Origin: Alphaproteobacteria bacterium
GTDB lineage: Bacteria; Pseudomonadota; Alphaproteobacteria; MPNO01; UBA830
Direction of reading: 5' to 3'
DNA: 64,000 bases
Assembly (NCBI GenBank): GCA_964291215.2
Contig: OZ219791.1
Coordinates: 2,112,001 to 2,176,000 of the forward strand
Position numbers and translations under genes: made by a program. The notes beneath the pieces were generated by a model. It did not search any database. It was not told the origin of the DNA and saw only the letters and a program-made list of their open reading frames with translations. Below, in pieces: positions 40,057-50,895 of this stretch. Position 1 is the first letter of the stretch. Each line of letters starts with the position of its first letter.

Positions 40057-40972
40057 TAATCACCTGAATCTGAAGTTCGTGGCATAAGTTTTGTTCGACG
40101 CGGAGACAGAAGCGCTTGACGGCGGCGAGGATTTCGTCGGTTGATTTGGTCCACCTGAAGGGCTTGGGATTTTCGTTGTGGGTTGAAGGCCCGGATGTCG
40201 GTTTCGAGTTGCAGGGTCGAGACGCGACGCTGCAACTGCTTGCGGGTCGGCGAACCAGCGCTCCTGAGCCACGAGGCGGATGTCGGTGGACATGCGGCCG
40301 CCAGCCAGACCGCCGCGGTTTTGTGGGTGGCGAGTTGGACGATGTGGATGGCCGTCCGGGACATTGCAGTCGATCACCTTGAGGAAGTCGAGGAACTCCC
40401 TGGCCCGTCTGTAGCACGACCGCGCCGGCGGCGGCGAACAGCGAGGTCGTGCGGTTGCGCTTGGGGTGCGCCGGCCGGGCAGCAGGACCGGCTGGGTGCG
40501 GTCTGGCTCTTTGACGCTCAGCGCGCGATCCGGCGGCGAGAGGATGTCGCGGACCTTGTCGACGAAGTGCGGATCACTTGAACGGCCCGGCTGCAGGCGC
40601 GCCAGATCGACGTCAGCCCCGCCTCCTTCGCCAGCAGCGGGTCGCGGGCGTTGAGGTGAGCGTGCGCTCGATCACTTCCGCCACCTTCGCGATGCTCCGC
40701 CGGCAGCCGGGGCCCCTCGATGCGGTCCTTGGCTTGCGCCACTTGCCGACGGTGTGCACGCCGATCTCACCGCCTTGTTGCCAAGCCCGTCCGCAGGATC
40801 ATGCGGCAGCGAGCGCGCCATACGGTGGCGGCGAACCTGCGCCTCCAGATACGACCGATCACTCAAGACCAGCACCGCCAAGGGCCGTCCCGTGGCATCG
40901 CCATGACCTCCGTGTTCACACTCCGACTGCCATCATACAATCATACTTACTTCCTTCAGTTCCAGATGACTA
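40057..40972 (-). mobile_element. IS630-family element, degraded
   Basis: TA-bounded imperfect IRs TAATCACCTGAATCTGAAG and CTTCAGTTCCAGATGACTA; ATHKT and KPFRWTKSTDEILAAVKRFC. Confidence 0.88.
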
Positions 40973-41288
40973 ATTTGGAGACGCGAAATCCGAATGCGTT
41001 GGGGCTCGGCTCATCACAGATCGCCTCCTTGATCGCAATTTTCGTGCCAAGAAGGCCCCATCAAGCCTTGGCGGCACGATTGCAGCGCGACGCAAACTGA
41101 GAAAATCTCGCCAGTCGTCGCCGGATTAGCGGCGTGGGATCACCGTGGCGCAGCAGACGGATGCATTGTCAGCGCACGGGCATCGGAGTATGCTGGGTGC
41201 GTCGTGACCGGCCGCTGGCGCCGTTCTGGACGCGCGCGAACAATGGCTGCTGTCCGGCCTGTTGCGCGGGCTGTGTCGCGCGGAATGT

Positions 41289-41365
41289 CGGGGCGTAGCG
41301 CAGTCTGGTAGCGCATCTGCTTTGGGAGCAGGGGGTCGGCGGTTCGAATCCGTCCGCCCCGACCA
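41289..41365 (+). tRNA. tRNA-Pro(TGG)
   Basis: CGGGGCG acceptor stem, anticodon loop TTTGGGA, GGTTCGAATCC, ends CCA; 77 nt. Confidence 0.97.
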
Positions 41366-41431
41366 TGCCTTTTCCGGTCATGGCCCGCCGGCGGGCGCAT
41401 CGAGGGGACTCACGGTCGGCGGTGCGATTTC

Positions 41432-41905
41432 TCATGCGGCGAGCGGCAGCGCGGTTTCGTACTTCACGCGCTTGAGCGAGAAGCTGGACTTGATGCTGCT
41501 GACGCCGGGAATCCGCGTCAGATGGTTTTTCAGGAACTGCTCGTAGGCCGTGACATCGGCGACGACCACCCGCAGCAGGTAGTCCGCGTCCCCGGTCATC
41601 AGATAGCATTCCATGACCTCCGGCCGGGCGGTGATCCGTTCCTCGAAGATTTCAAGTGAAGGCTCCGTCTGGCGCTCAAGCGTGACCTGCACGAAAACGC
41701 TGATCGCCAGATCGACGGACTTCTGGTCGAGCACTGCTACATAACGGTCAATGACCCCCGATTCCTCGAGTTCCCGGATGCGGCGAAGACAGGCCGACGC
41801 CGAGAGCCCGACATCACGGGCGAGGTCGGCATTGCTGATGCGGCCGCGGGACTGGAGGCGGGCGAGGATCCGGTGATCCATCGCGTCGAGTTCCTTGAAA
41901 CTCAT
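41432..41905 (-). CDS. Lrp/AsnC family transcriptional regulator
   Basis: LDAMDHRIL..LQ..GRISNADLA..VGLSASACLRRI; ECYLMTGDADYLL. Confidence 0.96.
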   Translation of the reverse strand: MSFKELDAMDHRILARLQSRGRISNADLARDVGLSASACLRRIRELEESGVIDRYVAVLDQKSVDLAISVFVQVTLERQTEPSLEIFEERITARPEVMECYLMTGDADYLLRVVVADVTAYEQFLKNHLTRIPGVSSIKSSFSLKRVKYETALPLAA

Positions 41906-41931
41906 GATATTGCTCCTGTATCTATATACAC

Positions 41932-41959
41932 GCAATTATATTGCATAAGAGTGCAATAT
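41932..41959. promoter_or_regulatory. Palindromic operator candidates in the AT-rich divergent promoter between lrp and the E1 gene
   Basis: GCAATTATATTGC overlapping ATATTGCA-N6-TGCAATAT. Confidence 0.5.
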
Positions 41960-42108
41960 GGTAGGAAAAATATCACAAAAATATGTCCACTAAGGGTGTA
42001 TGATTGAATCGGAACGCGATCCGACGTTATCGGTTTGTGGCCCCTGCATCGCCGGAAGCGGACGGCTTTCCGGTGCCGCAATCGACATCCACGATGGGAA
42101 CAAGTGCC

Positions 42109-44490
42109 ATGGAGACTGCCGGCCCTCAGATCGCGGTTGCGCCGGACCCGGTTCCGGTCGACGACGCCCTGCCCATGCTGCGGGCGCTCGAGCGCAAGGT
42201 GCTGTGGCTGTCGACCTGGATGATCCATCATGCCAACCATGTCAGGCCGTCGCGCGACGGCCTCAAGGTTGGCGGCCACCAGGCATCGAGCGCGTCGGTA
42301 GCGACCATGATGACGGCGCTTTATTTCGACATCCTGCAGCGGCAGGACAGGGTGGCGGTAAAGCCGCACGCCGCGCCCGTCTTTCATGCCATCCAGTATC
42401 TCCTCGGCAACCAGACGCGCGAGAAGATCGCCGGGCTGCGCGCGTTCGACGGCGCCCAGTCCTATCCGTCGCGGACCAAGGACAGCGACGATGTTGACAT
42501 TTCCACCGGATCTGTCGGTTTGGGTGCGGCGCACACGGTGTTCTCGTCGATCGCGCAGGATTATGTGCGCTTCCGGGAAAGCGCCCCGCCCGGACAGCCC
42601 GACGGCCGGATGGTCGCCATCGTCGGCGATGCCGAGCTCGACGAGGGCAACATGTACGAGGCATTGCTCGAGGGCTGGAAGAAGGAGGTCCGGAACGTCT
42701 GGTGGGTTATCGACTACAACCGCCAGAGTCTCGATTCGGTGATCTCCGACCGGCTGTTCGGCCGCATCGACAGCCTGTTCGAGAACATGGGCTGGCGTGT
42801 CGTGCCCATGAAATACGGCAAGCTGCTTACGCGTGTCTTTGCCGAGCCTGGCGGTGAGACGCTGCGCGACTGGATCGACCGCTGCCCGAACTCCCTCTAC
42901 TCGGCGCTGACTTACAAGGCCGGCCCCACCTGGCGCGAATACCTCAAGCGCGATATCGGCGATGCCGCCGGCATCCGCGCACTGCTCGACACGCACGATG
43001 ACGACAGCCTGCACGCGCTGATGACCAACCTCGCGGGCAACGATCTTGAGGCGTCGCTGGAGGCGTTTCGCGGAATCGACGACGACCGGCCCACGTGTTT
43101 TATCGGGTACACAATCAAGGGGTTCGGTCTGCCGTTCGCCGGCCACAAGGACAACCATGCCGGGATCATGAATCCTGCACAGATGGACGCCTTCCGGACC
43201 GCGATGAAGATTCCTCCGGGCGCCGAATGGGAGCGTTTCGCCGGCCTCGACATGGACCCCGGCGCGCTGGCAGCGTTCCTGGAGGATGTGCCCTTCGCGC
43301 GGGCGCCGGCGCGGCGCCATGCGGCGGCGCGGATCACGGTGCCGGATCGGCTCGAGGTCGACATCCGCAGGCAGATGTCGACCCAGGAGGGGTTCGGCAG
43401 GATTCTCGACGGCATTGCCCGGTCCGACGGGCTCTTTGCCGACCGTATTGTCACAACATCCCCGGATGTCACGGTCTCGACAAACCTTGGCGGCTGGGTC
43501 AATCGGCGCGGGCTGTTCGGCCTGTCGGAACATGCCGACACGTTTGCCGAGGAAAGCGTGATTTCGGCGCAGAAGTGGGAGACATCGCCCCGAGGCCAGC
43601 ACATCGAGCTCGGGATAGCGGAGACCAACCTTTTCCTTCAGCTGTCCGCGCTCGGGCTTGCCGGCAGCATGTTCGGCGTGCGGCTGCTGCCGGTGGGCAC
43701 AGTGTACGATCCGTTCATCCGGCGCGGGCTCGATGCGATGCACTACGGCTGCTACCAGGAGGCGCGATTCATGCTCGTGGCAACGCCGTCGGGGATCACG
43801 CTCGCTCCCGAGGGCGGGGCGCACCAATCCTCGGAGACGCCGCTGATCACGTTGGCACAGCCGGGCCTTGCGGCCTTCGAACCAGCCTATGTTGACGAGC
43901 TGTCCGAGATCATGCGCTGGGGATTCGAACACTTGCAGGACGATGACGGAGGCTCCGTCGCGCTGCGGCTGTCGACGCGTACCATCGAACAGCCGGAGCG
44001 ACAGCTCGATGCCGCCACCTGCTCCGCGATCACGGCCGGCGGGTACTGGCTGCGGGAACCGGCGAACACCCCGGGGATTGTCCTCGTCTATACCGGCGCG
44101 GTGGCTCCGGAAGCGCACGAGGCTTGCCGCATACTTTCCGAGGATCTGCCGGGAATCGGCCTCCTTGCCGTGACTTCGGCTGATCGCCTGCATAAGGACT
44201 GGATCCATGCTCGCCATGCGCGCAGGTCGGGCGTTGCCGGGGCGGTCGCCCATATCGAAAGTCTGCTCGCCCGGGCCGGCGACGAGACCGCGCTGATCAC
44301 TGTGTGCGACGCCCACTCCGCGACCCTCGGCTGGCTCGGATCGGTGGCGGGCCAGGCGATCTATCCACTTGGGGTCGACGGGTTCGGCCAGTCGGGGGAC
44401 ATACCCGACCTGTATGCCCATTACGGGATTGATACGGAGTCCATCCTCGACACCGCCGCACGCGCCTGCCTTCGCCGCATCGCAGGCTGA
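42109..44490 (+). CDS. TPP-dependent homodimeric 2-oxoacid dehydrogenase E1 (AceE-like)
   Basis: VGGHQASSAS, KPHAAP, QSYP, STGSVGLG, GDAELDEG..YNRQSLD, ELGIAE, EGGAHQS. Start codon uncertain. Confidence 0.9.
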   Translation: METAGPQIAVAPDPVPVDDALPMLRALERKVLWLSTWMIHHANHVRPSRDGLKVGGHQASSASVATMMTALYFDILQRQDRVAVKPHAAPVFHAIQYLLGNQTREKIAGLRAFDGAQSYPSRTKDSDDVDISTGSVGLGAAHTVFSSIAQDYVRFRESAPPGQPDGRMVAIVGDAELDEGNMYEALLEGWKKEVRNVWWVIDYNRQSLDSVISDRLFGRIDSLFENMGWRVVPMKYGKLLTRVFAEPGGETLRDWIDRCPNSLYSALTYKAGPTWREYLKRDIGDAAGIRALLDTHDDDSLHALMTNLAGNDLEASLEAFRGIDDDRPTCFIGYTIKGFGLPFAGHKDNHAGIMNPAQMDAFRTAMKIPPGAEWERFAGLDMDPGALAAFLEDVPFARAPARRHAAARITVPDRLEVDIRRQMSTQEGFGRILDGIARSDGLFADRIVTTSPDVTVSTNLGGWVNRRGLFGLSEHADTFAEESVISAQKWETSPRGQHIELGIAETNLFLQLSALGLAGSMFGVRLLPVGTVYDPFIRRGLDAMHYGCYQEARFMLVATPSGITLAPEGGAHQSSETPLITLAQPGLAAFEPAYVDELSEIMRWGFEHLQDDDGGSVALRLSTRTIEQPERQLDAATCSAITAGGYWLREPANTPGIVLVYTGAVAPEAHEACRILSEDLPGIGLLAVTSADRLHKDWIHARHARRSGVAGAVAHIESLLARAGDETALITVCDAHSATLGWLGSVAGQAIYPLGVDGFGQSGDIPDLYAHYGIDTESILDTAARACLRRIAG

Positions 44491-44551
44491 CTCGCGGTCT
44501 GGTCGGCTGTTGACGGATTACGGGCTAGCCATTAAATCTTGTCGCGACTGC

Positions 44552-44636
44552 GCGGACGTGGTGGAACTGGTAGACACGCCAGATTTAGGATCTGGTGGCG
44601 AAAGCCGTGGGGGTTCGAATCCCTTCGTCCGCACCA
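44552..44636 (+). tRNA. tRNA-Leu(TAG)
   Basis: 85 nt, anticodon loop TTTAGGA, long variable arm, GGTTCGAATCC, CCA; upstream of tig. Confidence 0.97.
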
Positions 44637-44688
44637 TCGCAGGATCATGTCGCAACAGATCGGCGCCGAGCCGTCGAAGGCAGGGACC

Positions 44689-45987
44689 ATGCAGATCAGG
44701 GAAGACAGCAGCGAGGGGCTGCGCCGGGAATACACCATCGTCGTTCCCCGCACGGATCTTGAGGAGCGTCTGGCGACCAAGCTTGCTGAAATTGCCAAGA
44801 CATCCAGGGTGCCGGGTTTCCGACCGGGAAAACTCCCGCTGAGCGTCGCGCGCCAGCGTTGGGGCAGGCAGCTGCACCCGCAGATCGTGAACGAGACCCT
44901 TGAAACTGCGATCGGTGAGATGGTGGCCGAGCGGGAACTCAAGCCAGCGGACACGCCCTCGGTCGAAGTGGTTGCGGACGACTTCGAAGCGGACCTCGAA
45001 TGCAAGGTCGTTCTCGACATCCTTCCCGAGATCCCTGCCGTCGACTTCGCATCCATCGTGCTGGAGAAGCCTGTCGCCTCGATCGAGGACGGTGATATCG
45101 AGGAGGCTCTTGACAATATCGCGAAGGGCAGGGCGAGCTATGAGGTAGTCGAGGACCGGGCTGCGGAAGACGGTGATCAGCTCGCCCTTGAAATCGTTGC
45201 CGAATCCTCTGAAGGACCAGCCGAAGGGGCGAGGAAGATAACCGTCACTCTCGGGAACGACGACCAGATTCGGCCGGAATTCGCGAAGCAGCTTCTCGGC
45301 GTCAGGGCCGGTGAGACCCGGCTGCTGCAGATGCCGGCGGGTGCGGACGACGCCGCCGCGGATGCGGAATCCGGTGGTGGCGACACGATCAAGACTCTTG
45401 TCAGGGAAGTCCGCGAACCTTCATTGCCGGCGATCGACGACGAACTGGCGACCGCTGTCGAATGCGAGGATCTTGCCGGACTCCGGAGCAGGATTCGCGA
45501 AGGGCTTGCGAAGTCGTATGCCGAGATGACTCGGCAGGTTCTGAAGAAGTCGTTGCTTGATTCCCTCGACGAAGCGGTTGAGTTCGAGCTGCCGCAGTCG
45601 CTCGTCGACAAGGAGTTCGATCCCATGTGGGCGCAGATCATGCAGGCGCGCGAGAAGGGCACGCTTGACGAAGAAGACAAGGACAAGCCGGAAGAGGATC
45701 TCCGCGCGTACTATCTCACGATGGCGCGGCGCCGTGTTGCCCTCGCCCTTCTTATGACCCACACCGCCGCTAAAGCCGCCATCGAAGTGAGCGATCAGGA
45801 GCTCGAACGGAGGATCGGTACGCTGCCTCCAGAGTTTCGCGCGATGACGACCGAGATGCCCGGCCGGCGCGATGCCCTGCGGCTGGCGATGCTCGAGGAG
45901 AAGGTTACCGCCTACATGCTTGAGAAGGTCGACACCACGGAACGCAGCGTTCCGGCGGCCGAGCTTCGGGAACTCGTCGGCGCCTAG
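44689..45987 (+). CDS. tig: Trigger factor
   Basis: Ribosome-binding motif PGFRPGKLP, three-domain length, tig-clpP-clpX-lon synteny. Confidence 0.93.
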   Translation: MQIREDSSEGLRREYTIVVPRTDLEERLATKLAEIAKTSRVPGFRPGKLPLSVARQRWGRQLHPQIVNETLETAIGEMVAERELKPADTPSVEVVADDFEADLECKVVLDILPEIPAVDFASIVLEKPVASIEDGDIEEALDNIAKGRASYEVVEDRAAEDGDQLALEIVAESSEGPAEGARKITVTLGNDDQIRPEFAKQLLGVRAGETRLLQMPAGADDAAADAESGGGDTIKTLVREVREPSLPAIDDELATAVECEDLAGLRSRIREGLAKSYAEMTRQVLKKSLLDSLDEAVEFELPQSLVDKEFDPMWAQIMQAREKGTLDEEDKDKPEEDLRAYYLTMARRRVALALLMTHTAAKAAIEVSDQELERRIGTLPPEFRAMTTEMPGRRDALRLAMLEEKVTAYMLEKVDTTERSVPAAELRELVGA

Positions 45988-46098
45988 GCCGCGTGGCGGC
46001 CGAGGGCCGCCGCTTTCACGTATCGATGCCGCGGAGCCGTGTCCGCAGGCATTCACCGCGACGTTCCGCAATCGCCTCGGACAAAGACAGGATTTCAC

Positions 46099-46758
46099 AT
46101 GGACTTCGACGACCACACGAAAATGAACACGCTGATTCCCGTCGTCGTCGAGCAGACGAGCAGGGGCGAGCGTTCCTATGACATCTATTCCCGGCTTCTC
46201 AAGGAGCGCATCATCTTCCTCATCGGCCCGGTCGAGGACCATGTCGCAAGCCTCGTCTGCGCCCAGCTTCTGTTCCTCGAATCGGAAAATCCGACCAAGG
46301 ACATCGCCTTTTACATCAATTCCCCGGGCGGGCTCGTAACCTCGGGGCTCGCGATCTACGACACCATCCGCTACATCCGGCCCGACATCTCGACCGTATG
46401 CATCGGCCAGGCCGCGTCCATGGGCTCGCTGCTGCTTGCCGCGGGGGCGCCCGGCAAGCGCTATGCCCTGCCCAACGCGAGAATCATGGTGCACCAACCG
46501 TCCGGAGGGTTCCAGGGTCAGGCGACGGATATCGAGATTCACGCCCGCGAGATCCTGGCGCTCCGGTCGCGTTTGAACGAGATCTACGTGAAACACACGG
46601 GCCAGAGCCTGAAGCGCATGGAGCGGGCGGTCGAGCGCGACAATTTCATGACGGCGGCCGAGGCCAAGGATTTTGGCCTCATCGACGAGGTTGTTACGGA
46701 ACGTCCGGTGCCGGCCGATGCCGAGCCGGGTGATTCGGAGGAGAACGCCGAATCGTGA
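46099..46758 (+). CDS. clpP: ATP-dependent Clp protease proteolytic subunit
   Basis: [33 protein letters not shown]. Confidence 0.99.
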   Translation: MDFDDHTKMNTLIPVVVEQTSRGERSYDIYSRLLKERIIFLIGPVEDHVASLVCAQLLFLESENPTKDIAFYINSPGGLVTSGLAIYDTIRYIRPDISTVCIGQAASMGSLLLAAGAPGKRYALPNARIMVHQPSGGFQGQATDIEIHAREILALRSRLNEIYVKHTGQSLKRMERAVERDNFMTAAEAKDFGLIDEVVTERPVPADAEPGDSEENAES

Positions 46759-46962
46759 GCTTCGGGGGGTGTGCCGAACGCGGGACAGAACGGCAGCGCC
46801 GGGAAAATTCGGCGTGAAGGCGCCGTTCGGGGCCGCGCGGTTGCCGGGCGTCGCGACTGGCGGCGCGGCAATCCGCGTTGGACGCTCACCGCCCGGATGG
46901 TTATTATGGGGGCGATCTGAACCGGCACCGTCGGCGAGTCCGGTCACGGCACGGGAGTGACA

Positions 46963-48228
46963 ATGAGCAAGTCTGCGAGCGGCGACTCGAAGAACGTTCT
47001 GTACTGCTCCTTCTGCGGCAAGAGCCAGCATGAGGTTCGCAAGCTGATTGCGGGGCCGACCGTGTTCATCTGCGATGAATGCGTCGAGCTGTGCATGGAC
47101 ATAATCCGGGAGGAGCACCAGACCACGCTGGTCAAGTCCCGGGACGGAGTGCCGACACCCCGGGAAATATGCACCGTGCTCGACGATTACGTCATCGGCC
47201 AGACCTATGCCAAGCGGGTGCTTTCGGTCGCCGTGCACAATCACTACAAGCGCCTGTCGCACAGCCAGAAGAACAACGACATCGAGATCGCGAAATCGAA
47301 CATCATCCTGATCGGCCCGACCGGCTGCGGCAAAACCCTCCTCGCGCAGACGCTCGCGCGCATCCTCGACGTTCCCTTCACCATGGCCGACGCAACTACC
47401 CTGACGGAAGCCGGCTATGTCGGCGAGGATGTCGAGAACATCATCCTCAAGCTCCTTCAGGCGGCGGATTACAATGTTGAGCGGGCGCAGCGGGGCATCG
47501 TCTATATCGACGAGGTCGACAAGATTTCGCGCAAGTCGGACAACCCCTCGATCACCCGGGACGTGTCCGGCGAAGGGGTGCAGCAGGCGTTGCTCAAGAT
47601 CATGGAAGGCACGATTGCGTCGGTCCCGCCGCAGGGCGGGCGCAAGCATCCGCAGCAGGAGTTCCTGCAGGTCGACACCACCAACATCCTGTTCATATGT
47701 GGCGGCGCCTTCGCCCGGCTCGACAAGATCATCAGCAGTCGCGGACAGAATTCCAGCATAGGGTTCGGAGCGGATGTCAGGAGCCCTGATGATCGCTCGA
47801 CCGGCGAGATCCTGCGCTTGGTCGAGCCCGAGGATCTCCTCAAGTTCGGGCTTATCCCCGAGTTCGTCGGCCGCCTTCCCGTTATCGCGACGCTTGAGGA
47901 TCTCGACGAGGCTTCCCTGGTCGAGATCCTGACCAAGCCCAAGAATGCGCTGGTCAAGCAGTACAGGCGACTGTTTGAGATGAGCGATGTCAAGCTTGCC
48001 TTCAGCGATGACGCGGTGCGCTCGATCGCCGGCAGGGCCATCGGCCGCAAGACCGGCGCGCGCGGCCTGCGGTCGATCATGGAGAGCATCCTGCTCGAGA
48101 CCATGTTCGAACTTCCGGGGCTTGAAGGGGTCGAGGAGATTGCAATCAACGGCGAAGTCGTCGAAGGACGGGCGCAGCCGCTGTACATCTACTCGGATCG
48201 GCTGGAGGAAAGCGGAAAGACGGCCTGA
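46963..48228 (+). CDS. clpX: Clp protease ATP-binding subunit ClpX
   Basis: CSFCGK zinc finger, [19 protein letters not shown] loop, TGARGLR. Confidence 0.99.
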   Translation: MSKSASGDSKNVLYCSFCGKSQHEVRKLIAGPTVFICDECVELCMDIIREEHQTTLVKSRDGVPTPREICTVLDDYVIGQTYAKRVLSVAVHNHYKRLSHSQKNNDIEIAKSNIILIGPTGCGKTLLAQTLARILDVPFTMADATTLTEAGYVGEDVENIILKLLQAADYNVERAQRGIVYIDEVDKISRKSDNPSITRDVSGEGVQQALLKIMEGTIASVPPQGGRKHPQQEFLQVDTTNILFICGGAFARLDKIISSRGQNSSIGFGADVRSPDDRSTGEILRLVEPEDLLKFGLIPEFVGRLPVIATLEDLDEASLVEILTKPKNALVKQYRRLFEMSDVKLAFSDDAVRSIAGRAIGRKTGARGLRSIMESILLETMFELPGLEGVEEIAINGEVVEGRAQPLYIYSDRLEESGKTA

Positions 48229-48338
48229 CGGTGGCGACATCGTCGGCGAATACAGCTTGAATCCCGGACGCAGGGTACCATGTTAAGCGTCGGTGCGGGT
48301 TGTCCGCGCCGGTTCGGGACAACCTACGGAACAGTAAG

Positions 48339-50747
48339 ATGTCAGAGCAGCCACGCAGCACCGCAGTCTTTCCGGTTCTTCCGCTTCGCGACATAGTCGT
48401 GTTTCCGCACATGATCGTGCCGCTCTTCGTCGGGCGCGAGAAATCCGTGCGCGCGCTCGAGAATGTGATGAAGGACGACAAGCAGATCCTGCTCGTGGCC
48501 CAGAAGAACGCCGGAAATGACGACCCGTCTCCCGACGACATCTATTCCGTGGGCACGGTCGGCACGATCCTGCAACTCCTCAAGCTGCCGGATGGAACCG
48601 TGAAGGTGTTGGTCGAGGGCAGCCGCCGGAGCAGGATTGTCCGCTATGTCGACAATGATGCGTTCTTCGAGGTCGAGGCGGAGCTCCTCGACGACGAGGC
48701 GGACGAAGACCGGGATATCGAGGCGCTCTCCAACTCGGCGATCAGCCATTTCGAGCAGTATCTGAAGCTCAACAAGAAGATCCCGCCCGAGGTCCTGGTA
48801 TCCCTTAATCAGATCGAGGAGCCCGGCAAGTTTTCGGACACCATCATCTCGCACCTGACGCTCAAGATTCCGGAGAAGCAGGAGCTTCTCGAACTCCTGT
48901 CGCCAGCCGACCGGCTCGAGCGCGTATACCAGGCCATGGAGACGGAGATCAGCACCCTCCAGGTCGAGAAGCGGATTCGCAACCGCGTCAAGCGCCAGAT
49001 GGAGAAGACGCAGCGGGAGTACTACCTGAACGAGCAACTCAAGGCGATCCAGAAGGAGCTCGGCGGCTCCGAGGAGAGCAGCGACGAACTTGCCGAACTT
49101 GCGGAGCGGATCGAGAAGACGAAGCTGAGCAAGGAAGCCAAGGAAAAGGCGACGGCGGAGCTCAAAAAGCTGAAGTCGATGAGTCCGATGTCGGCCGAAG
49201 CGACGGTCGTACGCAACTATCTCGACTGGATCCTGGGCATCCCCTGGCGCAAGCGTTCTCGGGTGAAGAAGGACCTCAAGCTGGCAGAGAGGATCCTGAA
49301 CGAGGATCATTACGGGCTTGAGAAGGTCAAGGAGCGCATTCTCGAATATCTTGCGGTGCAGATCCGCGTCGGCAAGGTCAAGGGCCCGATCCTCTGCCTC
49401 GTGGGCCCGCCAGGCGTCGGCAAGACCTCTCTGGGCAAGTCGATCGCCCGCGCCACCGGTCGCAATTTTGTCCGCATGTCACTCGGCGGCGTGCGCGACG
49501 AGGCGGAGATCCGCGGCCATCGGCGCACCTATATCGGCTCCATGCCCGGCAAGATCATACAGAGCATGAAGAAAGCCAAGTCCTCGAACCCGATGTTCCT
49601 GCTCGACGAGATCGACAAGCTCGGGTCGGACTGGCGCGGAGATCCGACTTCGGCGCTGCTGGAGGTTCTGGACCCCGAGCAGAACCATACCTTCCAGGAT
49701 CACTACCTCGAGGTCGACTACGACCTGTCCGACGTGATGTTCGTGACCACGGCCAATACACTGCGCATGCCGCAGCCGCTCCTTGATCGCATGGAGACGA
49801 TCAGTCTCTCCGGCTACACCGAGGACGAGAAGGTGGGTATCGCCCGTAGTCATCTGATCGCCAAGCAGCTCGAGGGGCACGGGCTGAAGGAGTCGGAGTG
49901 GTCGATTTCCGAAAGGGCGCTGCGCGAACTGATCCGCCTCTACACGCGCGAGGCTGGCGTCCGCAACCTCGAGCGGGAAATCGCCAATCTGGCGCGCAAG
50001 GCGGTAAGGGAGCTTGCCGACGGCAAGAAGAAGGCCCTGCAGATAACGCCGCGCAACCTCCAGCGGTACGCCGGGGTGCCGCGCTACCGCTCGGGCGAGA
50101 TCGAGAAGGAGGATCTCGTCGGTGTGACCACGGGACTCGCATGGACCGAGGTTGGCGGCGAACTGCTCTCGATCGAGGCCCTCGTCATGCCGGGCAAGGG
50201 TCAGATATCGCATACTGGCAAGCTTGGCGACGTGATGCAGGAATCCGTGCAGGCGGCGCGCAGCTACGTACGCTCGCGCATGGCGGTGTTCGGCATCAAA
50301 CCGAAGATCTTCGACCGGCGCGACATCCACGTCCATGTTCCGGAAGGCGCCACACCGAAGGACGGTCCGTCGGCCGGCGTGGCCATGTGCACCTCCATCG
50401 TATCCGCGTTGACCGCCATACCGGTGCGTCGCGATCTGGCAATGACCGGCGAGGTGACCCTTCGCGGCCGGGTGCTGCCGATCGGAGGGCTCAAGGAGAA
50501 GCTTCTCGCGGCCCATCGCGGTGGTATCCGCGCCGTCCTGATACCAAAGGAGAACGAGAAGGATCTCGCTGACATTCCGGACAAGATCAGGCGGGATCTC
50601 GAGATCGTTCCGGTCTCGTCGGTCGACGAGGTCTTGTCCAACGCGCTGATGCGCGAGCCGGTTCCGATCGACTGGGAGGAGGATGAGGACGACATCGCCT
50701 CGGTTGGCGACTCGAAACCAGATGTTGAGGATGTCGTCACGCACTGA
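48339..50747 (+). CDS. lon: Lon protease
   Basis: [33 protein letters not shown]. Confidence 0.99.
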   Translation: MSEQPRSTAVFPVLPLRDIVVFPHMIVPLFVGREKSVRALENVMKDDKQILLVAQKNAGNDDPSPDDIYSVGTVGTILQLLKLPDGTVKVLVEGSRRSRIVRYVDNDAFFEVEAELLDDEADEDRDIEALSNSAISHFEQYLKLNKKIPPEVLVSLNQIEEPGKFSDTIISHLTLKIPEKQELLELLSPADRLERVYQAMETEISTLQVEKRIRNRVKRQMEKTQREYYLNEQLKAIQKELGGSEESSDELAELAERIEKTKLSKEAKEKATAELKKLKSMSPMSAEATVVRNYLDWILGIPWRKRSRVKKDLKLAERILNEDHYGLEKVKERILEYLAVQIRVGKVKGPILCLVGPPGVGKTSLGKSIARATGRNFVRMSLGGVRDEAEIRGHRRTYIGSMPGKIIQSMKKAKSSNPMFLLDEIDKLGSDWRGDPTSALLEVLDPEQNHTFQDHYLEVDYDLSDVMFVTTANTLRMPQPLLDRMETISLSGYTEDEKVGIARSHLIAKQLEGHGLKESEWSISERALRELIRLYTREAGVRNLEREIANLARKAVRELADGKKKALQITPRNLQRYAGVPRYRSGEIEKEDLVGVTTGLAWTEVGGELLSIEALVMPGKGQISHTGKLGDVMQESVQAARSYVRSRMAVFGIKPKIFDRRDIHVHVPEGATPKDGPSAGVAMCTSIVSALTAIPVRRDLAMTGEVTLRGRVLPIGGLKEKLLAAHRGGIRAVLIPKENEKDLADIPDKIRRDLEIVPVSSVDEVLSNALMREPVPIDWEEDEDDIASVGDSKPDVEDVVTH

Positions 50748-50895
50748 CGCTGCCGCCCGGGCACCGGCGTTGGCTGGCTGTCGTGGCGAGCGAGCGGATG
50801 TCGGGGCGGGGCGGATCTGCACGCAGGGTAAACGCCCTGAGGGACGCCGCTTTGGCCGTTACGTGGCAGGAACCGCGCATGTCGGGTGCCGGCAG

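Noticed and set aside
41289-41365. tRNA-Pro as the integration site of the R-M island
   Set aside because: The island lies 5' of the tRNA; I saw no duplicated tRNA 3' end and no integrase.
45421-48240. 939-aa minus-strand ORF and similar long antisense ORFs (389-2152, 41902-44421, 29504-30844, 60677-62284)
   Set aside because: Shadow frames opposite well-supported genes in high-GC DNA, with no recognisable motifs.
50748-50895. No hupB directly after lon
   Set aside because: This synteny is variable; absence here says nothing about the rest of the genome.
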